From the NCBI GenBank assembly GCA_037446435.1, contig JBBIIO010000006.1, positions 1,633 to 65,632 of the forward strand: a stretch of DNA of 64,000 nt, given 5' to 3'. Under the pieces are notes generated by a model. It did not search any database. It worked only from the letters and a program-made list of their open reading frames with translations, and was not told the DNA's origin. Each line of letters starts with the position of its first letter. Within the stretch, counting starts at the first letter, position 1. Shown one piece after another: positions 9,777 through 16,355 of this stretch. A program made the translations under genes and the position numbers. Source of the DNA: Armatimonadota bacterium. GTDB lineage: Bacteria; Armatimonadota; Fimbriimonadia; Fimbriimonadales; ATM1.

Positions 9777-10036
9777 TCGGTTCAATGATGCGCGTCACGC
9801 GGTTCACAATCTCGGCGGGGAATTCACCCTGACGAGCGTGCTCGCGCACCATCTCTTCGTTCGGCGCGATGTAGACGCAGTACACCTTGTCGCCGGTGAC
9901 GAAGCTCTGCGCCCACTGGATGTCGGGACCCATCGCCTTCAGCACGCTACGGGACTTCTGGGCGATGGCCTTGAACGCCTCGTCTTGAGAGGTTGCCGAC
10001 GCCCGGTATCGTTCATTCAATCACAAACTGTGGCAT
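9763..10036 (-). pseudogene. DUF4242-family gene with an in-frame TGA and a frameshift
   Basis: GGAGG SD lies 6 nt upstream of ATG 10036. The frame reads MPQFVIE-TGA(10015..10013)-TIPGVGNLS, then shifts by 1 nt near 9986-9988 into the 85-aa ORF frame (QDEAFKAIAQKS...VYCVYIAPNEEMVREHARQGEFPA...IIEPTTAV). The family N-terminus as I recall it is MPxxxIERxIPGxGxLS. Confidence 0.6.
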
Positions 10037-10100
10037 CGTCGACCTCCAGCCAGACGACACCACAACGGCGCGCCGAATGTCGAGGCGTGGGGTCCCCGAT

Positions 10101-12803
10101 TCAGCGCCCGATGTTCATCTTCGAGTCGAGCACGCGTCTGATCCTCCGAGCCATGTCTTGCAGATGCATTCTCGTGGTCTGGTCGGCGGAAGTTGCGGAG
10201 GAGAACCGCTTGTGCAGCCTATCGAGGGTGCTCCAGGCGATCATGCGTGCGTCCTCCTGGATGTCGCCTGCGGGGGCGAGCGCCTGCATGCTCAGCGCCT
10301 CAACCGCAAACCGCTGAAGGTCGCGGCGAAGGATGCCGATTGGGCGCCCCGTGCCGACTTCGCTGAACACCTTGCCCACAACCGTTCCGTATAGCTCGCC
10401 CAGCGTGAACCGGTTGGGGTCGGAACGGGTCTTGTACTCGTTGTTGGCGACCCGATCTACGGTGTCTGCGCCCCAAAGCATCGTAAGCAGCATCAACTGT
10501 GCCGTTGAGATGATGTCCTTGACGGGCATGGAGTCGTAGTTCGGCGAGTTCGGGTCGGTCGACATGCGAATGAGCACGTCCTCGGGAATCGGAAACGCGC
10601 TCTCTGAGAACACCTCGCGCGCAATGAGCGCGATCGCCTGGCGTTGCATATTGGGGTCAACCGGCTTCAGGGTCGGCTGCTCGCCGGGGTCTCCCTTGAA
10701 GTTGCGCCGCCCGGCGACACCGCCGACAAAGCGCGCCGCGTTCATGCACTGCCGCACGGTGAAGTTGACTCCGAGCATCACGCCGCGAGTCAGCTCGCTG
10801 TACGGCTTGCCCTCTGCGGGCAGGCGCTTGGGAGCGGACTCCATCATTCGCTTGGCGAGGCGGGTGCCGAGCTCGCCCGCTTCGATCGGATTGCTGCTGA
10901 GGTCGAAGCGTGTTACATAGGGATCCCACAAATCGGCGTTTTCGTCGGTCATGAAGAGATGCCCCGGGACGGCGGCTTGCGCTGCCATGCGCATCAGGTA
11001 GGAGCGCTGCTCGATCGGGTCGACGCCGGTAACGTCCGCGTAGCCGTACTTGATTGCAAGCATGTCGTACGCGCCGATCGTGCGGGAGTAGTAGTGGCCG
11101 CCGCCGTTGGCGATCGCCGCAAGGTTCACCGGAACATAGTCCATCACGGACGAGCTGATGCCCTTCTCGGCTGTTAGGTTCGTGTTGGAGAGTTGCTTCA
11201 CCGACAGCTCCGTTGAGGCGATGAAGTTGTGCCTCAAGCCGAGGCAGTGCCCCATCTCGTGCGACACGATGTCGCGAAGGAACTCGGCGATGTACTCATC
11301 CCGGTTGATCGAAACGTTGGGGCCAAACAGCGTGGTCAGCGCCGTCCAGCCGAAGGCTGCGTTCTCGACGGCAAGCGGCGCGAACTCGCAGTTGACCCTG
11401 CCGCCGAGCAGCGGCCGGAAGGCCGGCTGCGACTCGTCTTCCGAACGCACGAGCCGGCTGAATGCGGCAGCGGCGGTCTGCTTCCCCGGCTGCGTCAGCC
11501 ACTTCCACTCCAAACCGCCGAGCGAGACGATGCTCGAGTCCACGGTGATCGAGGCGTTCACGATCTGACCGGTGAACGGGTTGGTGCGCAGCAAAGCGAT
11601 GGCGTACCCCGCCCCTTCCGACTGGGCAAACCGGAGCACGTTGTATCGCATGTCCGCGTGATCCCAATCTGCATCCTTGGGTTTGAAGCGGACCTCGATC
11701 GCATTCTTGATGCCGATCGCCTCAAACGCCTTGTTCCAGCGGAGGATGCCGTCGGCGCATGCCTGTCGCCACTTCTCCGGCACGCTGTCGTCAATGTACC
11801 AAACGAGCGGTGCGACCGGCTCGCTCATCTGCGCGTCGGGGTCCTTCTTGCGGATGTCCCAGCGGGCGATCAGGCGCTCCGTCTTGTCCTCGTTCATGAA
11901 GCGTTCGAGCGAGTGATAGTCGGTCGTGAAGTAGCCGATGCGCGGGTCGGCGAGCCTCGGCATGTATCCCGTCTCCTCGACCATGAAGATGTTGTACGTC
12001 ACGCCAAGCGGAAGGCTGCGACCATCGGCGAGGTGGTCTCCACCGCCGAGGCCGAGCAGCGCCATGAGCGCGCTCATCCCCTGCGACGGGCCACCAGCGG
12101 AGTTGAAATACAGCTGCGTGCGGAAGACGAGGTTCTCGGGATATGCCTTGATCTCCGCCACCTTCGACTTCTTTCGGTCGAGCATGTACGGCCTGCCGAG
12201 CGCTATCGCGATGAGTTGCTGCAGTTGGAACAGTTCGCCGCGGAACATGTCCGAGACGTCAATCAGCATCGTCTTCGTCTCCGGGTGCTCGGCGACGATC
12301 TTATAGGCATCGAGAACCGCCTCGGGGAACGACCGCTCCGCTGCAACGGCGAATGGGTCATTCTCCGACCAACGGAATCGGTAGTTCGGATAGAACAACC
12401 AGACTTCGTCATCCAGCCGCTTCTCGAACCGGAACGCGTCCACGCCAAAGTCCATGTTGCCGAGCGGCATGCCCGCTTGGACAATCATCGGGTCGGCGCC
12501 GGTGCGCAACGCCGCCTGAAGGAAGAAGTACTCGCCGAGTTGGTCAGGCTTCAGCTCGAACAGCACCTGGTCCTCCTTCTGATAGACCGTGAACGGTCCA
12601 TCGTACTTCTCGGCGTCCTTGATCGCCTCTTCGTACTTCTTGATCTTCTCTTGAATCTCCTTCTGCGGGTCGTCTTGCTCTTGCTCGACCTTCTGACCCG
12701 GGTCGGGGATGAACTCGTCTTGCGCCGTCAGACGCGGGGCGACAGCAACCCCGAGGAGCAGGGCGGCGACACCGAAGGACACGAATCTCGTAAACTGCTT
12801 CAT
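10101..12803 (-). CDS. secreted zinc-dependent metalloprotease (DUF5117/DUF4953-type, HExxHxxGxxH)
   Basis: 900 aa from ATG 12803, with a GGAG SD upstream. Signal peptide MKQFTRFVSFGVAALLLGVAVAP and catalytic HEMGHCLGLRHNF. The ORF-track extension up to 13844 is a shadow ORF across galE. Confidence 0.85.
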   Translation of the reverse strand: MKQFTRFVSFGVAALLLGVAVAPRLTAQDEFIPDPGQKVEQEQDDPQKEIQEKIKKYEEAIKDAEKYDGPFTVYQKEDQVLFELKPDQLGEYFFLQAALRTGADPMIVQAGMPLGNMDFGVDAFRFEKRLDDEVWLFYPNYRFRWSENDPFAVAAERSFPEAVLDAYKIVAEHPETKTMLIDVSDMFRGELFQLQQLIAIALGRPYMLDRKKSKVAEIKAYPENLVFRTQLYFNSAGGPSQGMSALMALLGLGGGDHLADGRSLPLGVTYNIFMVEETGYMPRLADPRIGYFTTDYHSLERFMNEDKTERLIARWDIRKKDPDAQMSEPVAPLVWYIDDSVPEKWRQACADGILRWNKAFEAIGIKNAIEVRFKPKDADWDHADMRYNVLRFAQSEGAGYAIALLRTNPFTGQIVNASITVDSSIVSLGGLEWKWLTQPGKQTAAAAFSRLVRSEDESQPAFRPLLGGRVNCEFAPLAVENAAFGWTALTTLFGPNVSINRDEYIAEFLRDIVSHEMGHCLGLRHNFIASTELSVKQLSNTNLTAEKGISSSVMDYVPVNLAAIANGGGHYYSRTIGAYDMLAIKYGYADVTGVDPIEQRSYLMRMAAQAAVPGHLFMTDENADLWDPYVTRFDLSSNPIEAGELGTRLAKRMMESAPKRLPAEGKPYSELTRGVMLGVNFTVRQCMNAARFVGGVAGRRNFKGDPGEQPTLKPVDPNMQRQAIALIAREVFSESAFPIPEDVLIRMSTDPNSPNYDSMPVKDIISTAQLMLLTMLWGADTVDRVANNEYKTRSDPNRFTLGELYGTVVGKVFSEVGTGRPIGILRRDLQRFAVEALSMQALAPAGDIQEDARMIAWSTLDRLHKRFSSATSADQTTRMHLQDMARRIRRVLDSKMNIGR

Positions 12804-12875
12804 TCTGATGGACTCCACTTGGGTGCATACTATACTCGGAGCGGCGGCTGCGCGTTTCGCCGGGCGTCCCGGGCG

Positions 12876-13868
12876 ATGATTCTCGTAACCGGGGGGGCTG
12901 GGTTCATCGGCTCCCACATGGCGAAGTTGCTCCGCCTGCGGGGGCTGGAGCACGTCGTCCTCGACAACCTCTCGGGCGGGCACCGGGACGCCTGCGGGGG
13001 CAGCACCCTCGTCGAGGGAGACGTCGAAAGCCGCGAGGAGATGTACTCGCTCTTCCAGCGAATCCAAGCCTCTGCCGTCATCCACTTCGCCGCCCGAATC
13101 AACGTCGGCGAGAGCATGACCGCCCCGCTTCCCTACTACCGGACGAACCTGTTCGGGTCGGCGAACCTGGTCGAGGCGGCGATTGAGGCGGGCGTGCGGT
13201 CGTTCGTCTTTTCCAGCACAGCAGCGGTTTACGGAACGCCCACGCGCACGCCGATTCGTGAAACCGCTTCGAAGCGACCCATCAACGTGTACGGAGAGAC
13301 GAAGCTGTCCGTCGAGCGCCTGCTGCAGAGCGTGTCCCGCGCTCACGGCCTGCGGGTCGCGTGCCTGCGGTACTTCAACGCGGCAGGGGCGGACCCTGAC
13401 GGCGAACTGGGCGAAGACCATCGCCCCGAGACGCACCTCATCCCCCTCGCGATTGACGCCGCACTTGGGCGGCGAGAGCCGCTGACCGTTTTCGGGGACG
13501 ACTACGACACCCCCGACGGTACGTGCATCCGGGACTACGTTCACGTCGGCGACCTGTGTGATGCTCATCTCCTCGCCCTCGATGCGCTCAATGCCGCGGA
13601 GGGTGGGCACTTCCGCGCCTACAACGTCGGCACCGGCATCGGGCACTCGGTGCGCGAGGTGCTGGACACCGTTGGAGAGGTTGTCGGCGCCGAAGTGCCC
13701 CACGCGGTCGGCGCTCGCCGAGCGGGCGACCCACCGCTGCTTGTGGCGTCGAACGAGCGGATTGTCAAGGAGTTGGGCTGGCGCCCGCAGTTCGAAGACC
13801 TTCGGGCGATGGTCTCGCACGCCCTCGCCTGGCGCAGGCGCCACCCCGACGGATACGGGAAGTCGTGA
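12876..13868 (+). CDS. galE: UDP-glucose 4-epimerase
   Basis: 330 aa. MILVTGGAGFIGSH Rossmann motif, YGETK catalytic motif and DGTCIRDYVHV. Confidence 0.9.
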   Translation: MILVTGGAGFIGSHMAKLLRLRGLEHVVLDNLSGGHRDACGGSTLVEGDVESREEMYSLFQRIQASAVIHFAARINVGESMTAPLPYYRTNLFGSANLVEAAIEAGVRSFVFSSTAAVYGTPTRTPIRETASKRPINVYGETKLSVERLLQSVSRAHGLRVACLRYFNAAGADPDGELGEDHRPETHLIPLAIDAALGRREPLTVFGDDYDTPDGTCIRDYVHVGDLCDAHLLALDALNAAEGGHFRAYNVGTGIGHSVREVLDTVGEVVGAEVPHAVGARRAGDPPLLVASNERIVKELGWRPQFEDLRAMVSHALAWRRRHPDGYGKS

Positions 13869-14179
13869 AGCGGAGCGTCGCGGCTACCGACTCCGGACCG
13901 TAACCGCTACGCGATACGTCTCGCCCCGGTCGGAGACCTCGACCTCGCAGCGGCGAGGCGGGCGGGTTCCGGCGCGAGCCTCCACCAGCAGGCTGAGTGA
14001 CGACCAAGCATGGCGACAGAGCGACCAGCATCACAACTGTGCCGACCCAGCGCGGCCGCTGCGTGAGGGTGGAGTCACGATCCAGCATCTGGTGTTCGCT
14101 CGTTCGGTCGGATCTACCGTCCACTATGCCCCATAGCGTTGCGACGAGGCCGGGAGTTCATGCCTCACGGTGCCCAGGG

Positions 14180-14185
14180 TACAAT
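14180..14185 (+). promoter_or_regulatory. -10 box TACAAT, 12 nt upstream of the tRNA-Cys 5' end
   Basis: Read directly from the sequence. A weak -35-like TTCATG lies 17 nt upstream. Confidence 0.45.
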
Positions 14186-14197
14186 ACTTGCCTGCGC

Positions 14198-14273
14198 GGC
14201 GCCGTACCCAAGTGGCTAAGGGAAGGGTCTGCAAAACCCTCATTCGGCGGTTCGATTCCGCCCGGCGCCTCCA
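14198..14273 (+). tRNA. tRNA-Cys (anticodon GCA), CCA encoded
   Basis: Manual cloverleaf: acceptor GGCGCCG/CGGCGCC, anticodon arm AGGGT-CTGCAAA-ACCCT, T arm GGCGG-TTCGATT-CCGCC, discriminator U73. Confidence 0.9.
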
Positions 14274-14335
14274 AGAACCCCGCCTTAGGTGCAGGCGAGC
14301 GCGAGAGGCGCGAACAGAAGGAGTCGCCGACGCCG

Positions 14336-14713
14336 TTAGCCGTTGGGCTTGTACAGGATCGAGTTGTCTGCCGGGTTGACGATGAGCGTCCCCTCGGGAA
14401 TGAGCCAGCCTCCGCTGGAGATGCCGCCTTGCCCTTGCGGTGCGCCGAACAGGCCGAGCGTGCTGATCTCAGGATGGGGAGGGCTTTCGCCTTGAAGCAG
14501 CATCACGATAACCCACGGATCCGCGTGCCGAACCTCGACTCGGATCCAGCCGCCCGGAGCGAACGATGCGTCGCCGAACTGGGACAGTTGCCCAAAAGCG
14601 AACGCGTTCACCACAACCGACAGAGCGGTTACGACTGAGCCAATCATCGAACGGTTAGATGCCTCGACCGAGCAGAACGTTACGACTTGCGCGGCTGTGG
14701 AGGGAGGCGCCAT
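14336..14713 (-). CDS. hypothetical small membrane-anchored/exported protein
   Basis: ATG 14713 has a GGAGGGGG SD 7 nt upstream. Codon usage is genome-typical. One hydrophobic helix (MIGSVVTALSVVVNAFAF). Lies 38 nt downstream of the DUF1111 gene. Confidence 0.55.
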   Translation of the reverse strand: MAPPSTAAQVVTFCSVEASNRSMIGSVVTALSVVVNAFAFGQLSQFGDASFAPGGWIRVEVRHADPWVIVMLLQGESPPHPEISTLGLFGAPQGQGGISSGGWLIPEGTLIVNPADNSILYKPNG

Positions 14714-14751
14714 GACGGCGCCCCCTCCGATTTCACGCCCCGTGGTCCGGT

Positions 14752-16203
14752 CTACCGGAACCCGATGGAGCTCCGAGGCGGCGGGACCACCTGCAGCGTC
14801 TTCAGGAAGTCCACCAGCGCGAGTTGATCCTGCGGTGGCAGGTTCAGGAAGCGGGTTCTCTCCGGACGCGCTTCGCCTGCGTGGTGCATGATCGCCTCGC
14901 CGATGGTCGAGAGGTCTCCCCGGTGGCCATACGGCGCTGAGTTGCCGACGTCCCACAGCTTGCGGGTCATGAACACGTCCGTCGGCACGCCGCCCTGGAT
15001 GACACGCTCGTTGTTGAAGAACGGGTCGTCCTCGTCGGCGATTCGGTGCCGCTTGAGGTCGGTAAACGCCCGCACGATCGCCTTGCCGTCACGCGTCCGC
15101 TCGAGGTGCGGCCCTGGCCCGTCTCGCGTCAGGTCGAACGCGAACGGCCGCGGCACGTCCTGAATTCGCAGGTTGCCTGGCGGGTTGTACGGGTTCGGCT
15201 CGGTAAAGATCGGATTGTCGAGGATGAGCGCTGGGATGTGGCAGCGGGCGCAGCCGATCTCGTTGAACAGCTGCTCGCCCCGCAACACGCGCGATCGCGC
15301 GGCGAGGTCACTCGGCATCACCTGAATCGGATTGCCGAGCGCGACTTGGAAGAGCGTAGCCGCAGTGATATCGCCTGCGGTCAGCTCGTCCTGGACGCCG
15401 TCACCGTCGAAGTCCCGCGTGCCGGTGCGCTCGACGCCGAACCGCTCAACCGCCTGGAGGCCGTGGTGGTGATTGAAGGCGTTCACCGTGAACTGCCGCA
15501 CCGACACGACCACTCCCTTCTGGTGGAACGGCCTGATGATGAGGTCCCGATCCACGCCTTCGACCTGCGATGTATCCACGTCGCCGCTGGGCGAGCAAGT
15601 GATCCGCCCGAAGTGGACCCCCTTGGCAACGAGGTCGCGTGTGACGAATCGCCCTGTTTCCACCGCTTGTCTGCGCGTCTCCTCGCGGATGCGGTGCAGT
15701 TCCGCCGTCATCTCGCGGGCGAGCATCTCAATCGCGCCGGAACCGTGCATGCCGAGCGTGTTGCGCTCGTTGCTGAACTGCGCGTCGATGCTCGTCTGCA
15801 CGGGGTCGGCGAGTTGCGCCAGCACGAATACGTTGGCGACAAAGTCTCCGCTCCCGCCGACCTCAGGCTGGTTGTGACACCCCGCGCAGTTGTTCGCATC
15901 CGGGCCCGAGACCCTCGTCATGAACGGCTGGTCGGGTGTCCGACGCGTCGGGTTACCGTCGCCGGTGGAGCCTGGACGGCCGAAGCCGTCGAGCCGGTTG
16001 AAAGACGTCGCAAACAGGAACTTGCCCGCAAAGAAGAGGTCCGCGAGCGAGTACCGCCCCGCGTCAATGTCTGCCTGGTTGATGTGTTGAGTCAGTCTCG
16101 GTCGCTCGCCTGGAATCTGGGCGGTTGGCCTCGCGGTCAGCAATGCTACCGACACGAGGATGACCGCCCCGGCGATCACCGGGACCTTGCCGAATCGATT
16201 CAT
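14752..16203 (-). CDS. di-haem oxidoreductase/peroxidase-like protein (DUF1111 family)
   Basis: 483 aa with a signal peptide. Two CxxCH haem-binding motifs (CAGCH, CARCH). AGGAGA SD upstream. Confidence 0.8.
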   Translation of the reverse strand: MNRFGKVPVIAGAVILVSVALLTARPTAQIPGERPRLTQHINQADIDAGRYSLADLFFAGKFLFATSFNRLDGFGRPGSTGDGNPTRRTPDQPFMTRVSGPDANNCAGCHNQPEVGGSGDFVANVFVLAQLADPVQTSIDAQFSNERNTLGMHGSGAIEMLAREMTAELHRIREETRRQAVETGRFVTRDLVAKGVHFGRITCSPSGDVDTSQVEGVDRDLIIRPFHQKGVVVSVRQFTVNAFNHHHGLQAVERFGVERTGTRDFDGDGVQDELTAGDITAATLFQVALGNPIQVMPSDLAARSRVLRGEQLFNEIGCARCHIPALILDNPIFTEPNPYNPPGNLRIQDVPRPFAFDLTRDGPGPHLERTRDGKAIVRAFTDLKRHRIADEDDPFFNNERVIQGGVPTDVFMTRKLWDVGNSAPYGHRGDLSTIGEAIMHHAGEARPERTRFLNLPPQDQLALVDFLKTLQVVPPPRSSIGFR

Positions 16204-16343
16204 AATTGCCGTCTCCTATCGTTCCCCGGGGCGCTCCAGACGGGCGCCCACGCGGTCCGATGACCCAGTTTATCCGATGTCAAGTGGTGACGATACCATA
16301 AAAACTAACGGTTTCGCCTCTCACAGGACCCTGGCCCAGCGGC

Positions 16344-16349
16344 TATCAT
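16344..16349 (+). promoter_or_regulatory. -10-like box TATCAT, 6 nt upstream of GTG 16356
   Basis: Read directly from the sequence. No SD. Confidence 0.35.
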
Positions 16350-16355
16350 CGGCTC

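Noticed and set aside
10013-10015. In-frame TGA in the DUF4242 gene as possible selenocysteine or programmed recoding
   Set aside because: The family position is Arg, not Cys/Sec. I saw no downstream stem-loop resembling a SECIS, and a separate frameshift follows 9 codons later. A pseudogene or sequence error is more parsimonious.
12804-13844. Upstream 347-codon extension of the protease ORF (10101..13844, minus), and the mirror extension 11229..12875 of the galE ORF
   Set aside because: Each extension lies antisense to the other, well-supported gene. The real starts (ATG 12803 with signal peptide, ATG 12876 with GxGxxG) are clear.
13765-14124. 119-aa minus-strand ORF in the 329-nt galE / tRNA-Cys spacer, with one hydrophobic stretch
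   Set aside because: It overlaps the galE 3' end by about 100 nt. It has no SD or -10 geometry, and most of the product is Arg/Gly/Pro-rich. The spacer's function stays unexplained, and I could not recognise any known RNA motif in it.
14198-14273. tRNA genes (Cys, Arg, Pro) as possible integration sites of mobile elements
   Set aside because: No integrase, transposase or phage-like genes flank any of the three tRNAs. I saw no duplicated tRNA 3' segments by eye. Neighbouring genes have the same composition as the rest of the window.
13997-14638. 213-aa plus-strand ORF
   Set aside because: It reads straight through tRNA-Cys and is antisense to the 14336..14713 gene.
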